This document shows positions 12,690 through 22,914 of a stretch of 64,000 nt of DNA, one piece after another (position 1 is the stretch's first letter; every line of letters begins with the position of its first letter). The DNA comes from Torpedo marmorata (Eukaryota). Position numbers and translations under genes: made by a program. The notes beneath the pieces are model-generated. The model had not been told where the DNA came from. It made no database searches and saw only the letters and a list, made by a program, of their open reading frames with translations. Location of the stretch: contig OZ360239.1 of the NCBI GenBank assembly GCA_977017645.1, positions 68,076,001 to 68,140,000 of the forward strand, in the 5' to 3' direction.

Positions 12690-13843
12690 CCCTCTCTTCT
12701 TTTTCAGCACAGGACAACTTGCTATCACGTGACCAGCCTTCTTACAGTAGTGGTAAAGGGGACCCGAAGGTTTTTCATTTACCAACTTCCATTCATCTTT
12801 ACCTCTAATACTACTTCCAAATTTACTTTCCATCTTACTTGGATTATCCACAGTGCACTTTTGAAAACATTTGCCTGACGTCCACTTAGGCTTATGTGTT
12901 AAAGCATATTCATCTGCTAACTTAGCTGACTCCTGCCAAGTTTTCACCTCCTTCTCAACCAAGTATGCTTTAATATCATCAGGAACACATCTTTTAATGT
13001 CCTCAATTATTATCAATTCTCTCAATCGATCATAATCATTGTTTACAGTCTTCGATGTGCACCACCGGTCAAAACACACAACCTTTTCATAGGCAAAATC
13101 TGTATAAGATTGGGTTGTTGATTTTTTTAAATTACTGAACTTCTGTCTGTAAGCCTCTGGAACTAACTCATAAGCCTGAAGTATAGCTTTCTTCACAATT
13201 TCATAATTAGCAGCTTGCTCTGTGGTACGGGCAGAATAAGCTTGTTGAGCTTTCTCTTTAATTACACTTTGTAACATAAGAGACCATTGGATTGTGGCCA
13301 ATTTAAATTCACAGCCACTTTTTCAAAATGCTGAAAATATTTATCTATCTCAGCTTCCTCAAATGGAGGAACCAACCTAACTTCTCTACTGGCCATAAAC
13401 CCCTCACCATGACCAAGAATTTGATCTTGGGTCTCTTCTTTTCTCCTGTCATTTTCCACTCTAATCTTTTCCAGCTCACGTAGCCTAATTTTTCTCCTCT
13501 GCCTCTAGTTCTAATATCCTCAGTTCCATTTCCAATCTCTTTTGCCTTTTGGCTGCCTCCAATTCTAATCTCTTCTGTTTCTCAGCTGCCTCCAATTCTA
13601 ATCTCTTTAATTCCAACTGTATTTTCTCAGACGTTTTACCCTTGGGAAACTGCTCTAACACTTCTTTGTCAAACTTTCCTTCTTCTCTGTTGTATTTTGC
13701 AATTTTCCTCCCAATCTCTACCTTTTTCATTTGTGGTTCTACTGAAGCAATTGCCAACTTGTTGGCAATAGTCACCAACTCGTGCTTTTTAGCCTTTTTC
13801 AAATTCTCAGAAAGGGTAATGCCAAAAATATCTCTATATCCAT
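12690..13843 (-). pseudogene. Gypsy gag (coiled coil, SCAN-like capsid C-terminal domain, zinc knuckle)
   Basis: LVPPFEE.EIDKYF..FEKVA, PEAYRQKF...FDRW...LRELIIIED, and (Y)HYCKKAGHVIASC knuckle. Confidence 0.85.
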
Positions 13844-14015
13844 GGCTGCTGATTTGTTGCTGCTGATTTCACACACATACTAGCTTTTAATTATCTTTAC
13901 CAAAGGAATTTCCTAGACCAGACTGGAATTCCATCAATCACTAAGTTCCAGCTTGATTCAGACTCAGACGATTGATCACTAATCAATCGACCTCTGAGCT
14001 CCCAAATTTGTTCAG

Positions 14016-14036
14016 ATCTCGGACGACGAGCCCCCA
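14016..14036 (-). promoter_or_regulatory. Primer-binding site, tRNA-Pro type
   Basis: TGGGGGCTCGTCGTCCGAGAT, 3 nt inside the 5' LTR. This is the canonical Pro PBS TGGGGGCTCGTCCGGGAT with a GTC duplication and one substitution. Confidence 0.8.
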
Positions 14037-14039
14037 CTT

Positions 14040-14718
14040 TGTTACAGCTCAAAACCAGCAGCAACAGAAGACGCAGTTCAAAAGGGTTAAATTTTAACTC
14101 TATATTTATTAATGACTATTAATAATATAATGTCTTAACACAATTAACCCCTTATAAGTATCTAAGGCAAATATACGGATATCATATATTTATAAACAGT
14201 ATGTATGTAAAAAAATACCCAGACCATTACAGTCTGTGCCCAATATTCAAAAAGGAAAAATCCCCAAAAGCCCAGGTCAGTCAGTCAAGTAAGTCAGTCC
14301 AAAAACACAGTCCACAAAATTCAATCTCAAAGTTCAATGTCCAAGTTCAGTTCTTTAACTGATAACAGAGGACGTCGTATTGAACGTTGGAGAGAGAAAT
14401 GACTGATGTTGCATTGCAGTAAGCTTACGAATCCTTTTTCAGGCTTCCTCAGGTGACTTCCCTTGGTTCTCAAAGTGTGGTTTTTTAACCCTTCCTCGCT
14501 TATGAGGCATGTGCATTTCACACAGCTCTCCAGCTGTCCTCTGCTGCTCCAACTGCCGTTCTGCTGCCGTTCCAACTGCCGCTCCAACTGCTGTTCTTCC
14601 GCTCCAAATTCTGTTCCATTGTCTCACGATGTCACAAGTCACACAGAGTTCTCAGCAGAATTCCATCCTTTATGATGACAAGTCCAGAGTCCAAAATGTC
14701 AGTCCATGGTCCATAACA
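14040..14718 (-). repeat. 5' LTR of Gmr1-like Gypsy (679 bp)
   Basis: Direct repeat of 1366-2037 with an extra 12-bp internal unit. Confidence 0.95.
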
Positions 14719-14722
14719 AGAT

Positions 14723-15910
14723 GCAGGAAAGATATTCTTGCAGTGGGAAAGCCCAGAACTTGAGGTTACATCCGAAGGGTAAGCCTTTTAGGACTGAGAT
14801 GAGTAGAAATTTCTTCATTCAAAGGGTGAAGTCCTTTACCACAGAATGTAGTTGAGTCCAGATCATTAAATATACCAGTATTCAAAAAGAAGTTAGAAAT
14901 CACTTTTACGGGTAAAGAAATTATTGGATATGGGGAGAAAGCACGACGAGGGTACTGATTTTAGATGACCATCCATCATTTTGAATGCTGGAGCAGGCTT
15001 AAAGGGCCGAATGGCCTGCTCCACCTCTTACTTTATATGCCTCTAAGTTTACAATAAAAAATTAATTGCAGAATTCAATAAGGGCTACTATATTTTGTTA
15101 AAGAAAATCCCTGGGTGATAAATGTATTACTTCTTTGAAGAAATTCTTTGTGCATGGTGGATAAAGGGGTACCAGCAGATGTCCTGTACTTTTATTTCTA
15201 AAAGACATTTGGTAATGTACTACATTAATGGGCACTGCACAAGATATGACCTGGTGGTGTTATTTAAGCATAATATTACCTGACCTACCAAAAACTGAAT
15301 CAGGATAAGTGCCACTTTTTCAGGTTGGCGACATGTAAATAGTGAAGTAGAAAGGTTTACAGTACAAATTAATTAAAAAATAAAGAGTGTAAGGTAGCAA
15401 CATTTCCAGCTAATACAAACAACAGTGGAAAAGAACAACGCCAGAATGACAGAGTCTGAAAGGAATATAGATAGTCAATGAGCAAAAAAACCCAGCATTT
15501 GGAGTACTGTATATTTTGGAGAAGAGAAATCAAAAAACAAAATACTGTTTAAATGGAGAGACTACAGAATGTTGCTGTATAGAGAGATTTAGATACTGTA
15601 GTCTCTATACATGAAACACAAAAGTTTAACAACGGAGCATAAAAGTTCTGCTACAATTAAACACAGCTTTACTGAGACCACACCATGATTACTGTGTAAA
15701 TGTTTGACCTTCTTGTGTAAGGAGGGATTATATTTGCATTGGAGGTTCATTAGATTGATTTCTGGGATGGGGTTGTCCAATGAGGAATAATTACGCTGAC
15801 TGAAAGTAATGGGAACTAATCGTACTGAAACAACATTTTTAAGGGGCCTGATAGAGTAAATGTTGAGAGAGGAGTTTCCCTTGTGGGAATATCTTGAATT
15901 AGTGGACAAA
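14723..15910 (+). mobile_element. Degenerate CR1 LINE fragments
   Basis: CR1 3'-end sequence (TTTAGGACTGAGATGAGTAGAAATTTCTTC, GGGCCGAATGGCCT) and decayed RT pieces (VDKG..DV.Y.YF.K.F). Confidence 0.65.
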
Positions 15911-16237
15911 ATTTCACAAACACTCTTGTTTTACAATTGCATTGGATGAATTATCAAGTCAAAGTGGACACCAAACATGATCAACCAAAACTTACTAAAT
16001 GGTGGATAATTTACACGGACACATGGGTAGAAATGGTCAATGTTTTGCGCCGGGATCCTCTGTGAAGACCAGAAGGCAGGGAGTGAGCAGTGTGAGTGAC
16101 TTCACAGAACTCTCTTCAGAGAGCAGAAGAAAATTTCTTCAAAGTAGGTATACCTTGAGAATTTGCAGTGGAGCAGCACAATAGAGATGATGAAATGGGG
16201 GGCACACAAAGAATTGCTAGAGGAACGCAAAGGAGTA

Positions 16238-17417
16238 CCGTATTTTCACTCATATAACGCGCACACGCATATACGCGCAAAAAATCATAAATTGTGTAAA
16301 GACATTCTCGTATAGCACGCACACGCATATACTGCGCAGGTGTAGTATTCTAAATTCTGACTGACAAAAGCAATTTGCATTTAATTGGGACATGAGACAA
16401 AACACATTCCATAGTCCCAGTATCTGCCACAGTTAATCTCCCGCTATTTACACCCATTCAATTTCCCCCAGCCGTGTCAATCGCCCATTATATAGATGAT
16501 ATCCTCCTGCAACACATTAACAAGCTTTGGAGAGGAATCAATTAAATAGATCGAAGACAGGCTTCAGAGTTAAGCAGGATTTCATTCTGTCATGATTTTA
16601 AAAGACTTTATTTAAAAGAAACCTTATCTTGTTAAAAATAGTGTGCAATTGAGAAATTTATGGTTTGATTTGATGTAATGAACATGATTAAACTGATGCC
16701 ATAGGGCAGAATCATCCTAATGTTGTCTCAGATCAGAGGCACTTTATATGTTAATCTCCTGCCTCAGGGGACGGGTCTGGGCAATTAACATTGATAAGGT
16801 GCAGTGCCCTAGCCAGAATATCCTGTTTCTCGGAAACCATGGCATTCAGGCCAAAGAGATATTCCCAAGATCAAAATTTTGAATTTTGCCATTTTGTATG
16901 TACCCAATTCCCACGCTCGCTATAAATTGTACGCGTTCTTTCATTGCCGCTATTGCATTCCCACGCTCTCTATAAATTGCCGGTGCGACTTTCCCACACC
17001 CGCTATAAATTGTGACATGAGACAAAACACATTCTTGTCTCATTTACCCGGTACTTGGGACATGAGACAAAACATTTACTTGGGACATGAGACAAAACAC
17101 ATTCCATAGTCCCACTATCGGCCACAGTTAATCTCCCGCGAGTTACACCCATTCAACTCCCCCAAGTAGTGTTAATCGCCCATTATATAGATGATATCCT
17201 CCTGCAACCCATTAACAAGCTTTGGAGAGGAATCAATTAAATAGATCGAGGAAAGGCTTCAGAGTTAAGCAGGATTTTAATTCTGTCATGATTTAAATTG
17301 TGCGCGTTGTTTCAACATGTAAAAATATTCTCGTATAGCGTGCACACGCATTTAACGCACAGGGGGGCTACCTGGTTTGTAATAAACGCATAGCGCGTTA
17401 TATGCGTAAAAATATGG
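16238..17417. mobile_element. Tc2/pogo-like MITE carrying retroviral RT fragments
   Basis: TA|CCGTATTTTCACTCATATAACGCG ... CGCGTTATATGCGTAAAAATATGG|TA terminal inverted repeats. Internal ~215-bp direct duplication (16385-16599 / 17080-17296). Confidence 0.85.
16407..16870 (+). pseudogene. Class III (ERV-L-like) retroviral RT fragments inside the MITE
   Basis: FHSPSICH..ISR.L..IQFPPAVSIAHYIDDILLQ (16407-16512, two 1-nt frameshifts). After a spacer: ALYMLISCLRGRVWAINIDKVQCPSQNILFLG/WHSGQRDIP (~16738-16870). A second HYIDDILLQ copy lies at 17181-17207. Confidence 0.78.
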
Positions 17418-17470
17418 TATATTTTCTCAGGTTTGCAACTTTTACTATTGTAGTTGATTTATTTTGTATA

Positions 17471-17952
17471 CTGTATATATTTTCGTAATAGTCGAGTTTT
17501 GGGGACCAATTTGTCGGGTCAAATTTGGGGGGTCGACTTTAACACGAATACTACTTTTGACTGCAGTAAGTATCTGCATCATTCAAGGCATCGGGAGCTC
17601 GGATGGCCGGGACCGGGTGGTAAGTCCGCGCTCGGGGCATCGGGAGCTCGGATGGGCGGGCGGTCGGGGCTAGGATCCGCAGTCGAGACATCGGGAGCTC
17701 GGACGGGCGAGCAGCCGAGGCGAGGGTTCGGGTTCGCGGTCAGGGCATCGGGAGCTCGGATGGGTGGGAAGCCAAGGCAAGGATCCGCGGTCAGGGCGTG
17801 GGGAGCTCGGATGGGCGGGCGATCGGGGCCAAAAATAAGTGGGGGAAATTGAATCGACTTTTACACAGGATATACGGAAAATATGCGATTTTGGGGCCAA
17901 AAAAGGGGGGGTGACTTTTACACAGGATCAACTATTACACAAGTATATACGG
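17471..17952. mobile_element. Tc2/pogo-like MITE with GC-rich internal tandem array
   Basis: TA|CTGTATATATTTTCGTAATAGTCGA ... TCAACTATTACACAAGTATATACGG inverted ends. Five GGGAGCTCGGA-containing units of ~50 bp at 17587-17830. Confidence 0.75.
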
Positions 17953-17957
17953 TTCCA

Positions 17958-18390
17958 TACACAAAAATGCTGGAGAAACTCAGTAAGTCATGCAGCGTTC
18001 TTTATGTAGCAAAAGATGCATAACCAATGTTTTGGGCCTGAGCCCTCCCTCAAGGTATGAGCTGAAAGCAGCAGGCGCCCAAATAAAATAGTGGGGTGGA
18101 GGGGCAGGAGCACAGGCAAGAGGTCATAGGTGGATATGGGTGGAAGGGCACGAGAAAAAAGCAGAGGTGATAGGGGGAGGGGTTAGCTCTCTGAATGTAG
18201 AAGGTGGGGGGAATACAATAGAAGGTTGGGGAAGTCAAAAGGGGGAGATGGAGGGCTGGGGTGGTCAGAGGGTGGAGTGGCAGGTAGGGGGAGGTGGAGG
18301 GTAGGGGGGTCAGAGGGGAATTGGGGAGGGGGATGAGAGGGTCTGAGGGCTAGGGGGTGGGAAGAAAAGGGTAAACTCAGACAGAGCTCA
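17958..18390 (-). mobile_element. Penelope-like terminal repeat remnant with purine-rich tract
   Basis: ATGCTGGAGAAACTCAG...GGCCTGAGCCCT motif shared with 19458-19714, followed by G/A-rich low-complexity sequence. Confidence 0.55.
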
Positions 18391-18926
18391 GATAACCGGC
18401 AGTTATCATGTACCTGTTTGGCTGCAGCAAGTTTTGGTGCATCGCTACATTGTGCTGATGTATATGACAATAAACTCACATTGAACATTGGCCGATATGG
18501 ACAAGTTAGGCGGGCCAAAGGGCTTGTTTCTGTGTTGTATGACTATGTTTGAACAATATTCAAATGCAATAATCTCAAATGTCCACATACCTAGATGGTT
18601 ACAGTTGATTTAAAGTGCTGATTCATGAGAAGAAAGGAGCTTTAAATGGTTTTGCTGCTACTTTGAAGCTGTATTGAAAACTGTCATTAATTAACTGGAG
18701 AGTGACAAGTTCACAATAAGCTGTACATGTTCACCTTGGCCTCCTTGCTCATCACAGTGATTAAATTATTATCTATTAGGTAAAACCACTCCAGGGAAAA
18801 TAACTAATTTTAATGGCAAATAATTCCTGAGGACCAATTTTTCCATATGCAGCTAACACAAGTTCTGAAAGTTTTTTTAAGATAGATGCTGTGGGATATA
18901 CAATAGGTGCTCAAAGTAAAAATGTA

Positions 18927-19328
18927 CAGGTGCTCCCTACTTACGATGATCCGACTTACAATTTTTCGAAGTTACGATGGTTCGAATTCTTACTTTCAAT
19001 TTTGAATTCCGATCTGTTCCCACACTTGCGATATGTGGTACGCTACTCTCTCGCGATGCTGGGCGATGGCAGCATCGTGCGAGAGTATCGTACAGCATAC
19101 TCCTCGCGATGCTGACTCAACCACGCTCGCAGTCTCAATGCTTCAAACATTCTTCATGCCCAGTGTGCTTTCAGCTGTGTACGTTAATGGTTTTTCAGTG
19201 TGGAATAAAGGTATTCAAAATTTAATTATAAAAAATGGTAGGTGCGGTATTCTTTATCGACTTACGATTTTTTCGACTTACGGTGGGTTTGCCGGAACGT
19301 AACCCCATCGTAAGTTGAGAAGCACATG
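18927..19328. mobile_element. Tigger/pogo-like MITE
   Basis: TA|CAGGTGCTCCCTACTTACGATG ... CATCGTAAGTTGAGAAGCACATG|TA; internal CpG-rich repeats (TCGCGATGCTG). Confidence 0.8.
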
Positions 19329-19344
19329 TAAAGTTAATTCAGGG

Positions 19345-19900
19345 GGCATATCAACATAGTGGTTAAGGTACCAGCAAAGTAACCAGAGTGATCCAGAGGC
19401 ACAGATTTGAACCCTGGTATACCAGCTGAGATATTTAAATTCAAATAATTAAATAAAGTAAAAACACATCAAAATGCTGGAGGAACTCAGTCAGTCTTGC
19501 AGCGTCCATAGGAGATAAAGATATATTGCCGACGTTTCAGGCCTGAGCCCTTCTTCAAGGAAAAATTCTTTGCTTATTCCTTGAAGAAGGGCTCAGGCCC
19601 GAAACGTCAGCAATATATCTTTATTTCCTATGGACGCTGCAAGACCGGCTGAGTTCCTCCAGCATTTTGGTGTGTTTTTACTTCAATCACAGCGTCTGCA
19701 GACTTTCATGTTTCATTCAAATAATTAAATAAAACTGGAATAAAATGTTAATATTCATGCAGACAACTATTCAACTACCAATCAACATAAAAACTTTTTT
19801 GCTTCACTAATGTTCTTCAGGGAAGAAAATTATCATTCTCATTCAGTCTTGCGTATACAGAATATGGTTCCAGGCGCACCAATGTAGTTGACTCTTAACA
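19345..19900 (+). mobile_element. Old SINE remnant interrupted by the Penelope-like hairpin
   Basis: Degenerate tRNA-like head (GTGGTTAAGG..GATTTGAACCC). The body resumes after the 19-bp duplication. Confidence 0.4.
19458..19714. mobile_element. Penelope-like inverted pseudo-LTR hairpin with minimal hammerhead-like motif
   Basis: ~105-bp inverted arms (19458-19562 / 19577-19681) plus a 33-nt tail. 19-bp TSD ATTCAAATAATTAAATAAA (19439-19457, 19715-19733). TTGAAGA-A-GGGC(TCAG)GCCC-GAAACGTC core. Confidence 0.75.
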
Positions 19901-20399
19901 TTCCTCTATTAAATAATTAGGAAAGACCGATCTCAGCAACATCCATCCTTGTTGAATAAATGAAAAACTCACTTTGAACTATTGCTTGAAATTTTACAAT
20001 AAAACGTTCAATTATTTGCAGTAAATTGATCTTAGGTTGTCTGATTTTGTAACCTCGAATTATTGAAATGAGTTGATCAGTATAATTGAGACTATCAGAA
20101 AAATAAATACTGAACATGAAATGATACAGATGTGAACAATCATATACTTAGCATGCTTTTGATCTGTATTTAAGTAACAGCTTCCACGCATCTTCAAAGG
20201 TTCCTCAAAGATTCTAAGAGCTAGATCCAAGCTTAATTACCCACCTTTACTGAATTAGCTGACTTCAGTCAAAATATCAATCGGTTAAGGAGACGACAAC
20301 CAGCTGCCTTTTATATGCAATGTTATTTTCCAGTTCCTGCATGATGAAACAAATCACCTTCAAGCTTGATGAATAAAAAGTGGTGGAATTTCAGTACGG

Positions 20400-20815
20400 T
20401 ATACTCTTCTGGTCGCTGTCATGCAGGAAAGTGCAGTGATGGCACCAGAGAGGGTGCAAAGAAGATTTAAAAGACATTGCCCAAGACTGGAACATTTTTA
20501 ATTCAGAGGAAAGCTGCTGCCACTTTCTTTGGAACAGAGATGTGGAAAATTGTGAGGAGTCAAGACAGAATAAATAAAATGGACCCATTTCCCTTTTATT
20601 TTTTGGGAAGAGCATCGAAATATATAACATTGATCCACAGAAATTGATGGGATTAAAGAAGCTAAAAAAAAAAATCACTCAAATGAAATTAAAAAGTCTA
20701 AATTCGCTGCCTGAAAGGGGGCATTAAAGCAGAAGCTCCACTGATTACATTTAAGATGTACATGGATGCATACATGAAGAACCTACTGGTAAATGGGATA
20801 AGACTGGATAGCTCT
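20400..20815 (+). mobile_element. Degenerate CR1 3' fragment
   Basis: GAGAGGGTGCAAAGAAGATTTA (ERVQRRF) and CR1 3' UTR-like sequence. Confidence 0.5.
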
Positions 20816-20824
20816 ATTAATTCG

Positions 20825-21253
20825 TCAAGTTTATTGTCATCTGATTGCATAAGTACAACCCGACAAAGCAGCGTTCTCCGGTCCTCGGTGCAAAACACGC
20901 AGACACACAACCAGACATAACACACATACAGACAAACAATACATATGCAGGACAAGTATTCCATCTATACAAATAAATAAATAAATATTGTTTTGTACAT
21001 ATGAGAGTCTCAGATGGTTAGTGTGAGCAATTCCTTTGGTCGTTCAGCATTCGCACTGCCTGTGGGAAGAAGCTGTTCCTCAGCCTGGTGGTGCTGGTTC
21101 TGATACTCCTGTATCTCTTCCCCAACGGGAGCAACTGAAAGATACTGTGTGCAGAGTGGAAGGGATCCTCAATGATTTTGCGCGCCCTCTTCAGACAACG
21201 ATCCCGGTAGATAACGTCGATGGGGGAGGGAGACTCCCGTGATCCTCTCTGCC
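20825..21253 (-). mobile_element. Rex1/Babar-like 3' fragment (different subfamily)
   Basis: GGGAAGAAGCTGTT..CCTGTATCTCTTCCC corresponds to the LPSGKRY...SFFP C-terminus; AAGTTTATTGTCAT tail. Confidence 0.65.
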
Positions 21254-22002
21254 AGATGCCAGACAGTGGGGCAATTGGCCTCCTTCTGGGTCACGTCCTC
21301 TATTACTTTAAGGAACTTGCATATTGCATAAATAAGGGATGGAAAACCAGAGAAAATTTTCCATAAACAAGTTAAAACATATTAAAAATGATTACCAAGG
21401 CCTGAACAAAAAAGTGCATTTCAAAGAATAGCAGAAAATGCTAGAAATACTAGGCACTTGCATTTGAAAATGTTGCCACATAATTTCCAATACAATGAGG
21501 TCCCATCACCTCCATATATTCTTCTATTTCTCAGGAAAAAAATGTGCTTGTGCTAAATAAATACTGTCAACTAGAATTGATGGACAGAACAGAACGCTCA
21601 TCCTTGGCTAATGATCAACAATATTTTGAATACCAACAAGAACAAAGGGCCAACAGGCAGGTGCAGGTATGCACATTTCTAATCTAAACATGCAAAATGT
21701 CACATTTTCCTCAAATGATGTTACTCTCTTGAGAAGGTGCCATGAATTGCAGTGTAGCCAAAGGCTATGGTTTGAGAGATCAGCAGACTCAAGAAAGAAA
21801 CCCAGCCACCTAAAAGATATACCCTGTAGCTCTCACCTCATGCAAATTGCCTATTAACAGTCAGAAATAACAGATTTGAGAGTGCATCATTTAAAAGGAA
21901 AAAAAAATCCATAATTTAGAATTAAATTCCAAGTATAATTCAATGTGCACACAAATCAAAATCTTTCTTTCACCAGGTTCATGAGCTTTAGCAAGGGTCA
22001 GT

Positions 22003-22836
22003 AGCCTCTTTCACACTGGCTAACCAGTAAATTGGCTGTTCAGTGTCCCGGTTAAGGAAGCCGTTTTTGCCGTTCACACTGGGCCAATGTTAACCGGGAC
22101 ACTGCATCCTTTCACACTCATCACAAGGCATCCCCGAGGATAGGGGAGTTTATCCTCCACCGGTGACGTCTGAGTGATGCATTGAGCGATGGTGGACCTG
22201 CCCTAAATCCTGTTGTTGTGCCAAGCTGTATAAAGGACCATGGGAAAGTTGTAGGTGCAATAGCAGACAATTTATAAAGACATGGGAACAATAGCGCACA
22301 ATTTATAAAGACCGTGGGAACAATAGCGCACAATTTATAAAGACCATGGGAAAGAGCGATGGCGGACCTGCCCTCCCAGAATTCCGTGCGGCAGAGAAAG
22401 AGCTGTATGCACGGAGCACTCATGGAGGGGTTTCTCTGCCGTACGGAATTCTGGGAGGGCAGGTCCGCCATCGCTTTCTCTCTCTCTCTCTCCCGCTGCA
22501 ACTTTCCCACGGTTCTTTAGAAATTTATAAAGGTTTATGTAGGTCGGCAAAGTTTATACCTTCTTTTTAATCTTTTGTTTCCTTCACGTTCCTGCACTCA
22601 CGCAAAAACGCCATCAAAGCGTTACTACTTTGTCCCTGGATAGTAAGTGTCCCTTTCACACTGGGCTAATCGGCACGCAGGCGTCAGTTGACGCCGGGGA
22701 TGAGAGTAGGGGTCGAGGCCGTCCATCCCTGGCGTGATTTGACGCCGGCGTGCCGATTAAATCGCTTTCACACTGGACCCTTAACCGGTAAATTGGCCGT
22801 CAATTACTAGGACAAGGTGCCAGTGTGAAAGGGGCT
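22003..22836. mobile_element. PIF/Harbinger-like MITE, copy 1
   Basis: AGCCTCTTTCACACTGGC ... GCCAGTGTGAAAGGGGCT TIRs, 3-bp TSD AGT, repeated TTCACACT subterminal motifs, internal palindrome. Confidence 0.85.
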
Positions 22837-22914
22837 AGTATTTCCTCACATTTGTCTTCATCCACTATTTGCAACTCGATCCTCAACGTGAACAAATGTT
22901 ACATATTGTTTCAA

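Larger units (their letters stand above)
1366..14718 (-). mobile_element. Gypsy/Ty3 LTR retrotransposon, Gmr1-like domain order (gag-INT-RT-RH), degenerate, with nested insertions
   Basis: Two TG...CA LTRs (1366-2037, 14040-14718) and a 4-bp TSD AGAT (1362-1365, 14719-14722). PBS and PPT lie on the minus strand, with gag, integrase and RT/RNaseH fragments. Confidence 0.93.

Noticed and set aside
16407-17207. An endogenous retrovirus provirus at this locus
   Set aside because: No LTR, PBS, gag, protease, integrase or env; only short RT pieces bounded by DNA-transposon TIRs.
17587-17830. Regularly spaced repeats with variable linkers, superficially CRISPR-like
   Set aside because: Vertebrate intron, no cas genes, linkers are related to one another, and the array lies inside a MITE.
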